Shown piece after piece: positions 40,612 through 50,045 of a stretch of DNA of 64,000 bases. Position 1 is the stretch's first letter. Each line of letters starts with the position of its first letter. The stretch is taken from IMG/VR virus record IMGVR_UViG_3300025723_000018. One strand, written 5' to 3'. This DNA is from an uncultured virus (IMG/VR IMGVR_UViG_3300025723_000018) (lineage: Duplodnaviria > Heunggongvirae > Uroviricota > Caudoviricetes). The position numbers and the translations under genes are program-made. The notes under the pieces are model-generated. The model was given only the letters and a program-made list of their open reading frames with translations, was not told the origin of the DNA and made no database searches.

Positions 40612-42870
40612 TTAATCTCCGGTGGCATCTTTAGGTGCCGGATCTTTCTTCTCGTTAGAAGTGTTTAGTGTGGCCGATGAACTACCTGCTCCGTCAATTT
40701 CTTGACCGTTTCTTCTAGGACCGCTTAATACCTGAGTAAACTGTCCGTTATCAAAATAACTTACAACTTTAATAACTTGATAGATACCACTCCAAGTTAG
40801 TACAGGAGCACTCTTAGTACTTTTACCAAAATCATACAAGCCTGTAGATTGATTAATATCAACAGGCGTTCTGAAATTTACCTTAACATCTACTTCACTA
40901 CCTTGATAATTTACACTACCGTCTTTGTTTAAATTTTGATACTGTGTAGGAGAGCTTGTATAATTACCCATGCCGCTTTGCGCAATCCAATATGGATCTC
41001 CAATTATTTTTAAATCTAATTGTAGCATACCGGCTGCACTAGTAATAGCATCATGGAATTGTTTTGCAGCTCGTGTACCTTCATCTTCTATACCACCACC
41101 GCCTGTGCCGTCACCAGCAAATGATGTGCTTGATCGATTAACAGCTTGTGGTATTACTCCTAATTTTCTTTCAGGTTTTTTACCACCATCTAATGACTTT
41201 AAATTATTTTGATCATTACTGTCTGCACCGCTAGCTTCTGTTTGTTGTTTATTATCAATAGTACGCTTAATACTAGTAGCACCCATTTTGCCAGCAAAGC
41301 CTGTTTTGAATTCAATTCTAAAATTCAATACATCCACATTTTTTCCGGTATACAAATAATCATATACTTTGACACATTGTTTTTCTAATTCAGCAAATCC
41401 TGGAGCTTTTGAGTTTGGTGCTGTAGTTTTACTAGTGTGTACCCCATACGGAACAATTCGATAAACAATCACTCGAGGCTTTGTTCCTGAGCTTTGTAAA
41501 TTTCTATCGTCGGTGATTGTATAAACTTGAGTATCAACACGCCACCATTTACGCATACCTGCTTTATCAATATTTTGTTCTTGTAATTGTGTTGTAGAAT
41601 AATCACTGTTAAGCAATACCGCATCAATAGCTACTGTTATATCAGTATCTTGGCTGAAACGCAAATCGCTAGTTTGTGGATTAACAGTATTGTTACTACG
41701 AATTACATCTCCGTTGACTACAACTTTACTATCTTTGCCTACTGGAGGGTCACCTTTACGTGTATCACTAAAACCCATTTTAGCTTTACCAATAAGATTT
41801 ACATTTGCTGGATCTTGTACTAGAGTATTATTTGCTGGTATAGTACTTTTTACTAATTTTAATTGTTTTGCGATTGCATCAACACTAGTTGCGGTACCTG
41901 TAGTTACAGCACCTGTGGAATCTTCTGTATCACCTTTGGCATTATCTACGCCAGCACTACTAACATCAGTTGGAAATAATATTAATATTTGATCTGCAAC
42001 TTCAACTTCTTTATCAGTTACCAGTTGTTGCAAACGTTTATTCAACATCACTTGTAAACTTTTTTCGCCAGTTTGCAAAACTTCCTGAACAGTTACTCCT
42101 TTAACACTTGCATCTGTTTTAATACCAGAAACGTGACTACTAAGTGCTTGTTTATTCCAAGGATATGCTGTGCAATGATATACTGATCCTGCATCAGTAA
42201 CAGTCATAGAAATATCTTTAAATCTAAAAGGAATTCTACGGGATGTTCCTGCAATATTATCCAATCGACCTGTTTCAGTATTTCCTCTAAAATCTATAGT
42301 TAATAAAAATGGTGCTTGTGTATAATTGTCATGACCCGAATCCCAAGCTGCTTGTTGCAAACTCATCATAAACGTACCCATACTATATGGTTCTGTTATA
42401 TTAAAGTTCATGTCCATCATATTGGTATTATTACCTTTTTCCAAACCGATGGTACTATTAATTTCAAGTTTATCTACAAAATAATCAAACTGTCCAAATG
42501 GTGTTTTTACTCTGTTGGTAGGATCTGCGTTGGCACTTTTGCAAATTAATTCTAACTTAACGCCACTCATATATCCTTTGTCTGGATTGTTTAACTGGTC
42601 ATCTGTAAGGACAGCTATTCCCAATACATAGTCATAACTAGCATAGGCAAACAACGGATTTTTTATAGGAAGACTAACACCCGATAGTGGAGAAAATAAT
42701 GTTCCAAGACTACTTAATGCTCCGCTAACAGCATTTCCAATTGACGATAACGCACTGGCAGGTCCCGAACTTAAAAAGTTTGTTACACCTCCAACAGCAC
42801 TACTAACAGCATTGCCTACAGACGTTGTTGCTGAATCAACTGCTCCTGAAATATCATCTAATACTGACAT
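40612..42870 (-). CDS. Baseplate hub protein (gp27-like position)
   Basis: Lies between the gp53-like and gp5-like genes; ITEPYS, L.IIGDP.WI, SGIYQV.KV...F..GQFTQ.L motifs. Confidence 0.65.
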   Translation of the reverse strand: MSVLDDISGAVDSATTSVGNAVSSAVGGVTNFLSSGPASALSSIGNAVSGALSSLGTLFSPLSGVSLPIKNPLFAYASYDYVLGIAVLTDDQLNNPDKGYMSGVKLELICKSANADPTNRVKTPFGQFDYFVDKLEINSTIGLEKGNNTNMMDMNFNITEPYSMGTFMMSLQQAAWDSGHDNYTQAPFLLTIDFRGNTETGRLDNIAGTSRRIPFRFKDISMTVTDAGSVYHCTAYPWNKQALSSHVSGIKTDASVKGVTVQEVLQTGEKSLQVMLNKRLQQLVTDKEVEVADQILILFPTDVSSAGVDNAKGDTEDSTGAVTTGTATSVDAIAKQLKLVKSTIPANNTLVQDPANVNLIGKAKMGFSDTRKGDPPVGKDSKVVVNGDVIRSNNTVNPQTSDLRFSQDTDITVAIDAVLLNSDYSTTQLQEQNIDKAGMRKWWRVDTQVYTITDDRNLQSSGTKPRVIVYRIVPYGVHTSKTTAPNSKAPGFAELEKQCVKVYDYLYTGKNVDVLNFRIEFKTGFAGKMGATSIKRTIDNKQQTEASGADSNDQNNLKSLDGGKKPERKLGVIPQAVNRSSTSFAGDGTGGGGIEDEGTRAAKQFHDAITSAAGMLQLDLKIIGDPYWIAQSGMGNYTSSPTQYQNLNKDGSVNYQGSEVDVKVNFRTPVDINQSTGLYDFGKSTKSAPVLTWSGIYQVIKVVSYFDNGQFTQVLSGPRRNGQEIDGAGSSSATLNTSNEKKDPAPKDATGD

Positions 42871-42871
42871 A

Positions 42872-43174
42872 TTATAAACCTAATGCTGTAGTTAGACTAC
42901 TATTTTTACAAATATAAATTTGAGTTCCTGGAGAGAAATCTAAAATAGGATCTTGAAGAACATCAAGATTGCGTTGCATGAACACCCACCATAGCTGTGT
43001 TGTTCCATACAAGTCATACGACAATAAATCTGGACGGTAAGCATACTGTGGTTCTATTGTATAAAGAAAATCATCCACTTCTGCACTTACAGGTCGTATA
43101 GATAAAATATCCAAATAATTATTTTTAACTGGAGTAGTATACCAAGGACTTGTGTTAGAATATTGTGCTGACAT
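42872..43174 (-). CDS. Baseplate wedge gp53-like (LysM-like) protein
   Basis: Y.I...YAYRPDLLSYDLYG...LWWVF..RN. Confidence 0.8.
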   Translation of the reverse strand: MSAQYSNTSPWYTTPVKNNYLDILSIRPVSAEVDDFLYTIEPQYAYRPDLLSYDLYGTTQLWWVFMQRNLDVLQDPILDFSPGTQIYICKNSSLTTALGL

Positions 43175-44187
43175 TATACATATCCAAATGAATTATTAAG
43201 GTACCCGCCGCCAACAAACCTATCAAGGCTAAAATTACGAGCACTATTTCTGCTGTAAATTGGTTGTAAAGTTATACTAAATGAGCTCTTAGTTGGCACA
43301 TGAGCTACTCCGCCGCTAGTAGTTCCGCCAAGGCCAAGACTTCCGGCTAGCGCAGCAACTTGTCCTACACCACCAGCTATGCTACTTATACCGCCTGCAA
43401 TGTCGCCAAGTCCAGGAATGGCTCCGCCTAATGATCCTCCAATGCTACTAGCTAGTCCGCCAACAGCATCGCTAACACCCTGTATGTCACCTGCCATACT
43501 ACCGACAACATTACATCCAATATAGTCACAGTTAGCATCTAAACTTGTACTAAAACTTTGTACTACAACAGGTACATTTTTAAAAATATAATTTCCGTAA
43601 CCATTTAACATAACAATTGGAGGAGGATTGCCGGCCTTTGGATCAGATCCAGCGAACATTTTGGTAAGGCTACGTAAATAATGAACCGCCGCAATCCAAT
43701 ATAAAGCCTGAGTTGAATCTTCAACATTCATAGGCGCTGTAATTGATATCTGTCCTGGATCACTATTTTTAAAAGTTCTAAAAGAATAGTTGGTATGTGT
43801 CGTATCAATACTATTATATGATGCTGTGCTGGCAATATTAATTGTTGGAGTGTATGGAAATATGAGACCACCTGCATCTTTTAACGGTTTAAGTACAGGA
43901 CTTCCTTTGAAGCTAGTCCAATTGACTAAACTTAAACGTACACGCCAATCTGCGGGATCAGCATCCCCGCCAAAACTAGCTACCGCACTTACTAAATCCC
44001 CTACAGCTTCCCCTGCTTCTGGCAAGTTAATGGATCTCAATGCGCTACCAAAGCCACCTGGGTCACCATTATATGCTGTAGATACAGCACTGGCTAATCT
44101 ACTGGCTGTGTTTACGCCAGACGACACTGCACCTATTAGGTTCTGTGAACTGGTAGCTGTTTGTATGAAACTATCGCCGAATGACAT
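43174..44187 (-). CDS. Tail tube initiator/baseplate protein (gp48/gp54-like)
   Basis: FPYTPTI, GNPPPI..LNGYG...F..VPVVV.SF motifs; first gene of the baseplate block; Gly-rich insert. Confidence 0.65.
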   Translation of the reverse strand: MSFGDSFIQTATSSQNLIGAVSSGVNTASRLASAVSTAYNGDPGGFGSALRSINLPEAGEAVGDLVSAVASFGGDADPADWRVRLSLVNWTSFKGSPVLKPLKDAGGLIFPYTPTINIASTASYNSIDTTHTNYSFRTFKNSDPGQISITAPMNVEDSTQALYWIAAVHYLRSLTKMFAGSDPKAGNPPPIVMLNGYGNYIFKNVPVVVQSFSTSLDANCDYIGCNVVGSMAGDIQGVSDAVGGLASSIGGSLGGAIPGLGDIAGGISSIAGGVGQVAALAGSLGLGGTTSGGVAHVPTKSSFSITLQPIYSRNSARNFSLDRFVGGGYLNNSFGYV

Positions 44188-44210
44188 AATAAAATCCTCT
44201 TTTGGTATAT

Positions 44211-44246
44211 TATTTATTTGACTTTATTAAGTGCGTAGTTTATAAT
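44211..44246. promoter_or_regulatory. Back-to-back promoters: sigma70 (+) for the late sigma gene and TAAATA late-type (-) for the baseplate operon
   Basis: TTGACT (44218-44223), 17 bp, TATAAT (44241-44246) on +; TAAATA on - at 44211-44216. Confidence 0.65.
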
Positions 44247-44271
44247 GTTACTATTATAGGACTGAGAACGG

Positions 44272-45111
44272 ATGACTTTACCAACACAAACTAAAGTAAA
44301 TTACCTAAACAACAAGGATATGTTGTTAGAAATACATAGAAGTAAAAGCTCGTATTGCAGTTTTACACAACCAGAATATCATCAATATGACATGATTGTT
44401 GCTAGTTTGGATAAGATCAATATAAGAAGCATAGCAGAAGCCAAACGTAATCGAGCTAAGAGAATTGGAGATGCAGAATACCAACGGCGCAAAGCTGCTG
44501 GTGAAAAAGTCAAACAAGCAGATTGTGAAGTTGACTATAAAAAGATTCAAAAAACAGATGTAGTATTCAGGGTCATGACATTCGATCATATTCCATTGAA
44601 CAATACTCGTAAAAAGAATCCTAAGAGTCTAGCAGACCATAGGGACAAGGTCAATTTCCCGCCATTCCAACATTGGAAATTTGATGAAAACGATGAGCTT
44701 GTTTGTGTTGGAAAAAGTCATTGGAAAGGTGATTTGGTTAAGGGCAAGTTCGACAAAGATGCTGGTCAAATTACTAACACTTTAGCTAGGATGATGTTAA
44801 AATTGTGCGAACGTTATGCAACCCGTGGCAATGTTCGCGGTTACACATACAATGACGAAATGAAAGGACAGGCCATTTTGCAGTTAACACAGATTGGATT
44901 ACAATTTGACGAAAGCAAATCCGACAATCCGTTTGCTTATTTTACTGCGGCTGTTACTAACAGTTTTGTTCGTGTTATCAATATTGAAAAACGCAATCAA
45001 AATATTCGTGATGATATTTTAGAAATCAACGGCATGAATCCTAGCTACAGTCGTACTGGTGCTGGAGAACATGCGGCCGCTGTTAAACGATTTGATGAGA
45101 ATCAAGAATGA
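44272..45111 (+). CDS. Late-transcription sigma factor, T4 gp55-like
   Basis: YLNNKD N-terminus; GYTYNDEM...A......QFDESKSDNPFAYFT; upstream of gp47/gp46 as in T4-like phages. Confidence 0.85.
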   Translation: MTLPTQTKVNYLNNKDMLLEIHRSKSSYCSFTQPEYHQYDMIVASLDKINIRSIAEAKRNRAKRIGDAEYQRRKAAGEKVKQADCEVDYKKIQKTDVVFRVMTFDHIPLNNTRKKNPKSLADHRDKVNFPPFQHWKFDENDELVCVGKSHWKGDLVKGKFDKDAGQITNTLARMMLKLCERYATRGNVRGYTYNDEMKGQAILQLTQIGLQFDESKSDNPFAYFTAAVTNSFVRVINIEKRNQNIRDDILEINGMNPSYSRTGAGEHAAAVKRFDENQE

Positions 45112-45120
45112 TTTAACCCT

Positions 45121-45148
45121 AAAGTGTATAAATAAAACTATACACTTT
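45121..45148 (+). promoter_or_regulatory. T4-type late promoter TATAAATA within a 10-bp inverted repeat
   Basis: AAAGTGTATA-aataaaac-TATACACTTT; TATAAATA at 45127-45134; ATG at 45159. Confidence 0.7.
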
Positions 45149-45158
45149 GGATTAAAAT

Positions 45159-45920
45159 ATGTTTATCTATAAAATTATCGTTAATAATAATGTTTATATA
45201 GGACTTGATACTAAACCGTCCTATAAGTTATCACGATGGAAAAAGCATTGCGATGAGGCAACTACAAGATGTAAAACAAAATTACATAAGGCTATGAATA
45301 TGTATGGCATAAAGAATTGTGTAGTTGAAATATTAAAAGATAACTTTAAGTCTATTGGAGAACTTGCGTTATCGGAAATTGATTACATTAAGCAATACGA
45401 TTCTTATAAAAACGGACTTAACTCTACTCCAGGTGGAGACGGTTTAGGAAAATACGATTTAACTTTATTATCGCTTGCAGATATAAACAAAATCAAATCT
45501 GCATTAGGTGAGCATTTTAGTAATTATAATAAAAATATCAAATGGGCAGGAACTACTGAAGTTGATAGAAAATTATTAACTAAACATTTACATACTGACG
45601 AAATTTATCAAAAGAAATCGGATACCCTTAAGAAATTTTACAAAGCAAATCCAGATATTGCCAAAACAAAAGCAGTAGGGATTAGAAAATGGCAGTTGGA
45701 AAATCCAGAAGAAATGAAGAAACGCAATCAGATTAATTCGATTAAAGGTGCCGCGGCTGTTTCGAAGAAACTAAAGGTTGAACTGGAAGACGGTAATGTG
45801 TTATACTATTCAAGTAAAAGTGAATTCCATAGATTAACAAATCAATGGGCAAACACCATTATTAAAAAAACACAAGAAGGTGTTTTCTACAATGGTTATA
45901 AAATATGGGAAGAAAAATGA
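45159..45920 (+). CDS. Free-standing GIY-YIG homing endonuclease (Seg-like)
   Basis: FIYKI...VYIG, RWKKH, E..YIKQYDSYKNGLNSTPGG; basic C-terminal region; more AT-rich than its flanks. Confidence 0.8.
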   Translation: MFIYKIIVNNNVYIGLDTKPSYKLSRWKKHCDEATTRCKTKLHKAMNMYGIKNCVVEILKDNFKSIGELALSEIDYIKQYDSYKNGLNSTPGGDGLGKYDLTLLSLADINKIKSALGEHFSNYNKNIKWAGTTEVDRKLLTKHLHTDEIYQKKSDTLKKFYKANPDIAKTKAVGIRKWQLENPEEMKKRNQINSIKGAAAVSKKLKVELEDGNVLYYSSKSEFHRLTNQWANTIIKKTQEGVFYNGYKIWEEK

Positions 45921-46159
45921 ACAACTACGATATGTCTATTCACACAAACCCTGATGCAAGAGCCTGGGCTAAATTCTTTGCTGAAAAGTATACAGTATGG
46001 TCGGAAGATGGTGTAGAGTCTGATAGTGAGGCTTTAATGACTGCGTGGTTTGCCAATGCTATGATGGCGATGCACGATCATTTAGTGTTGAAAGGTAATC
46101 CAATCAATGGAGATCATGCCCAATATCTTATAGATACCGAAAACGGAGTTAAAGAATAA
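45917..46159 (+). CDS. Hypothetical protein (80 aa)
   Basis: ATGA overlap with the endonuclease stop; TAATG overlap with gp47. Confidence 0.7.
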   Translation: MNNYDMSIHTNPDARAWAKFFAEKYTVWSEDGVESDSEALMTAWFANAMMAMHDHLVLKGNPINGDHAQYLIDTENGVKE

Positions 46160-47172
46160 TGGCAAACTTATTTAAAAAAGTTGCGTGTATGACCGATATT
46201 CATTTCGGTCTCAAGAGCAATTCATCAGTACACAATCAGGACTGTGAAGACTTTGTAGATTGGTATATTGCCAAAGCAAAGGAGGAAGGTTGTGATACAG
46301 GTATCTTTATGGGCGATTGGCATCATAATCGCAATAGCCTTAATATTACTACAATGGATTATAGCCTTAGGGCCTTGGAGAAGTTGGGACAAGCGTTTGA
46401 TCAGTTCTACTTCTTTCCTGGTAATCATGATCTGTACTATAAAGACAAACGAGACATACACTCTGTGGAGTTTGGAAAGTATATACCTGGTATCACTGTG
46501 GTACATGAGCCTACTACTATTGGAGATGTCACGCTGTGTCCATGGTTGGTGGGCGAAGAATGGAAGTCGGTAGGTAAGAAAGGCGGGAAATATATATTTG
46601 GACATTTTGAATTACCTAACTTTTTCATGAACGCTATGATACAAATGCCAGATCATGGAGAGATTCAACTAGATAGTTTCAAACAATATGAACTAGGTTT
46701 TAGTGGACACTTTCATAAGCGTCAGCAACAAAAGAACATGATTTACATCGGCAATGCTTTCCCACACAATTATGCAGATACATGGGACGATGATCGCGGC
46801 ATGATGGTTATGGAATGGGGAGGGCAACCTGAATATTTTAGTTGGCCAGATCAGCCTACTTTTAGAACAGTAACACTAAGCCGTCTAATCGACGAAGCAG
46901 ACACTATTATCAAATCTAAGCAACATTTACGTGTTACGCTAGACATTGATATTACATACGAAGAAGCAAGTTTTATTAAAGAAAAGTTCATGGCAGATTA
47001 TGACATCCGCGAACTTACTCTTATTGCAGAAAAGAAAGATGTTGAAATTAATACCAATATCGATGTACAAGCATTTGAATCAGTAGATCAAATCGTTAGC
47101 AATCAAATTGTTAGTATTGATAGCGATACCTACGACAAAAATATTCTACTGAGCATTTATAACAGCCTATGA
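46159..47172 (+). CDS. Recombination endonuclease subunit, gp47/Mre11/SbcD-like
   Basis: Metallophosphoesterase motifs DIHFG, GDWHH, GNHD, GHF, SGHFH. Confidence 0.92.
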   Translation: MANLFKKVACMTDIHFGLKSNSSVHNQDCEDFVDWYIAKAKEEGCDTGIFMGDWHHNRNSLNITTMDYSLRALEKLGQAFDQFYFFPGNHDLYYKDKRDIHSVEFGKYIPGITVVHEPTTIGDVTLCPWLVGEEWKSVGKKGGKYIFGHFELPNFFMNAMIQMPDHGEIQLDSFKQYELGFSGHFHKRQQQKNMIYIGNAFPHNYADTWDDDRGMMVMEWGGQPEYFSWPDQPTFRTVTLSRLIDEADTIIKSKQHLRVTLDIDITYEEASFIKEKFMADYDIRELTLIAEKKDVEINTNIDVQAFESVDQIVSNQIVSIDSDTYDKNILLSIYNSL

Positions 47173-48944
47173 AAATAAAAGAATTAACCGTTAAAAACTT
47201 TATGAGCGTGGGTAATCAAACCCAAGCTGTAAACTTCGGAAAGGAAAACTTAACACTTGTGCTAGGTGAAAACTTAGACCAAGGCGGTGATGATAACGGC
47301 AGTCGTAATGGTACAGGTAAAACTACCATTGTAAACGCTCTTAGTTTTGCTTTATTTGGTAACGCACTTACTAACATTAAAAAAGACAATCTTATTAACA
47401 AAATTAACAACAAAAATATGTTAGTGACTTTGACGTTTGAAAAAGACGGAACAGATTATCGAATTGAACGTGGACGTAAACCCAGTGTTATGAAGTTCTT
47501 TGTTAACGACCAAGAACAAGAAGGCGAAGAATCCGATGATAGCCAAGGCGATCAACGTGAAACACAAAAAGACATCGATGAACTTTTTGGCATGAGCCAC
47601 GACATGTTCAAGCATATTGTTGCGTTAAACACTTATACAGAACCGTTTTTATCAATGCGGGCCAATGACCAACGTGTTATTATTGAACAGTTGTTGGGTA
47701 TTACTATTCTTAGCGAAAAAGCAGAAACGCTTAAAGAGCTAGTTAAGCAAACTAAGGATGCTATTACACAAGAGTCTGCAAATATCGAAGCTGCCAAGAA
47801 ATCTAATGATAAAATACAAATTAGTATTGATAGTTTGTTAACTAGACAAACAGCTTGGAATACGCAACATGCTAACGAACTTGAAAAGATAGGACGTAGC
47901 ATAGTAGAGTTGGAAAGTGTAGATATTGAAGCTGAGCTTGCGAAGCACAGCGAGCTCAAAGAGTTCGATGAAAAAACAGCGAAGCTGCGAAGTTTAAATA
48001 AGGAACGTGCTACGTTAGATAGCGCGATAGCGCAAGCGGAGCGAAGCGTTACGAAGTATGAACGCGAACTCGCCTTATTGGCAAGTAAGACCTGTCACGC
48101 TTGTGAACAACAGCTACATGATCATAAGCATGAAGAAATGACAGCTCTAGCTCAGAAGCATCTGGACGAGGCGGTCATTTACTTTACTAAAGTATCAAAG
48201 GACCTGGAAAAAATTACAGCAGAAATTACTTCTATTGGTGAGGTTCCAGCCAAGCCTATTACCTACTACGACAGTTATGAGCAGGCGCTTAAACATCAGA
48301 ACAACTTGAAGACTCTTGAAAATCAACTGATACAAAAAAGCAATGACACAGATCCTTATCAGGAACAGATTGACGAACTCACTGACACTGCCATGCAGGA
48401 AATCACCTGGGACAATGTTAATACTTTAACCAGCTTAAAGGATCATCAAGAGTTCTTATTAAAATTGTTGACTAGCAAGGATTCCTTTATCCGTAAAAAG
48501 ATTATAGATCAAAACCTAGCATATTTGAACAATCGTCTAACTTATTATCTTGATAAGATGGGATTGCCTCATACTGTGTTATTCCAAAATGACTTAACCG
48601 TTGAGATCACCCAGCTAGGGCAAGATTTAGATTTTGATAATCTAAGTCGAGGTGAGCGGAATAGACTTATCCTTGGTTTGTCATGGTCGTTTAGAGATGT
48701 TTGGGAAAGTTTATATCAACCTATCAACTTGTTGTTTGTTGACGAGCTTATTGACAACGGGCTTGATGCTGCAGGTGTTGAAGGCGCATTGGCTGTACTA
48801 AAGAAAATGGGTCGTGAACGCAAGAAGAATATTTTCTTAATTAGTCACAAGGACGAACTAATCGGCCGTGTTAACAATGTGTTAAAAGTTATCAAAGAAA
48901 ACGGCTATACTAGCTATGCTAACGATTTAGAAATTAATGAGTAA
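47169..48944 (+). CDS. Recombination ATPase subunit, gp46/Rad50/SbcC-like
   Basis: KNFMSVGN, Walker A NGTGKT, coiled coil with CHAC zinc hook, LSRGE signature, LLFVDE Walker B, ISH. Confidence 0.93.
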   Translation: MKIKELTVKNFMSVGNQTQAVNFGKENLTLVLGENLDQGGDDNGSRNGTGKTTIVNALSFALFGNALTNIKKDNLINKINNKNMLVTLTFEKDGTDYRIERGRKPSVMKFFVNDQEQEGEESDDSQGDQRETQKDIDELFGMSHDMFKHIVALNTYTEPFLSMRANDQRVIIEQLLGITILSEKAETLKELVKQTKDAITQESANIEAAKKSNDKIQISIDSLLTRQTAWNTQHANELEKIGRSIVELESVDIEAELAKHSELKEFDEKTAKLRSLNKERATLDSAIAQAERSVTKYERELALLASKTCHACEQQLHDHKHEEMTALAQKHLDEAVIYFTKVSKDLEKITAEITSIGEVPAKPITYYDSYEQALKHQNNLKTLENQLIQKSNDTDPYQEQIDELTDTAMQEITWDNVNTLTSLKDHQEFLLKLLTSKDSFIRKKIIDQNLAYLNNRLTYYLDKMGLPHTVLFQNDLTVEITQLGQDLDFDNLSRGERNRLILGLSWSFRDVWESLYQPINLLFVDELIDNGLDAAGVEGALAVLKKMGRERKKNIFLISHKDELIGRVNNVLKVIKENGYTSYANDLEINE

Positions 48945-49215
48945 GCACGTTGATCCAAGTCCCTATCAAAACGAAGAGTCGCATGAAAAACTCATGGCGG
49001 CTTTTCGCGAGTATTTTAAAGAAAATCAAGAATGGATCAACAAAGGCACACGTAGTTCAGGCGAACGTATGCGCTACTGGCTAGCGCAGATTAGAATTAT
49101 AGCCAAAGAACGCCGTACGCATGTACAACAGTATCGCGTATGGTTAGATAGGGCAAAAGCAGAACGTAAGGCAAATCAAAAGGCACAGGGTACGGAGACA
49201 GATGACACTAATTAG
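48937..49215 (+). CDS. Small basic protein, possibly histone H1-like Hc1 family
   Basis: EN..W..KG.RSSG.R.R..L..I...AK.RR resembles the Hc1-type KGNKAAGTRARK motif. Confidence 0.5.
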   Translation: MSKHVDPSPYQNEESHEKLMAAFREYFKENQEWINKGTRSSGERMRYWLAQIRIIAKERRTHVQQYRVWLDRAKAERKANQKAQGTETDDTN

Positions 49216-49218
49216 TGT

Positions 49219-49644
49219 ATGTCTTGGTACTATAACAATGAAATTGTAGAAGAACTTCCCGAAGATTGTGTTGGGTTTGTATATCTTATAACAAACACAA
49301 TTACAGGGCGTATGTACATAGGCAAAAAACTAGCAAAATTTTCTAAAACTACTTATCGAACAGTAAAATTAAAAAACGGCACTAAGAAAAAAAAGAAAAT
49401 CCGCAGTAAAATTAACAGTGATTGGCAGACCTATTATGGGTCGTCGGATGAATTACTCAAGGATATTGCGCAGTTAGGTCAAGAAAACTTTCGCAGGGAA
49501 ATACTGTTTTACTGTAAATCCAAAGCAGAAACGTCATATATAGAGGCTCGTGAACAGTTCAGCCGTCGTGTGCTGGAATCAAAAGACTATTATAATGGTC
49601 AAATTTCCGTGCGTGTACACGGTTCACACATACTCAAATCATAA
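49219..49644 (+). CDS. Short GIY-YIG nuclease-family protein (endonuclease II-like)
   Basis: GFVYLITN..TGRMYIGKK, W..YYGSS, F.REIL, E...Q, YYN; Lys-rich insert. Confidence 0.8.
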   Translation: MSWYYNNEIVEELPEDCVGFVYLITNTITGRMYIGKKLAKFSKTTYRTVKLKNGTKKKKKIRSKINSDWQTYYGSSDELLKDIAQLGQENFRREILFYCKSKAETSYIEAREQFSRRVLESKDYYNGQISVRVHGSHILKS

Positions 49645-49669
49645 TACTTTAGGCTACTAAATCACCAAA

Positions 49670-50045
49670 TAAGCCAGCACAGGCGTTGACATTGTGCCCT
49701 GAATCCGTTCTGTTGTGTGACGGCAAGGTAGTTCTGCTTGGTGACAGAGTTATAAATCACTATCCTTTACAGGACGACGATTGGATATGCCATAACCAGT
49801 TTGATTTATAAGGGGAAGTAACAAGGCTAAAAGAGGGGTAGTAGCCCCACGGTTTAACAAGTGTTAGCGTATTTGTTAAGCCCGCCGTCATATAAAGACT
49901 CTGCTCGTGGTACCGGATGACCGCCACTGTAATGCAGTAACGCTAAGGTGATATTGTGCAACTCGGATAATGTCAAAACAACTTTGCCCGCTAGGGCAAA
50001 GTGTGACTGAACAATCTGGATAATATCTTAACGCTTCGCGTTTAA
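49670..50045 (+). ncRNA. Candidate large structured non-coding RNA of unknown class
   Basis: No long ORF; GC-richer than the genome; nested helices 49686-95/49967-76, 49714-24/49884-94, 49750-59/49802-11, 49851-63/49870-82, 49981-89/49994-50002; G-U pairs favour the + strand. Confidence 0.65.
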
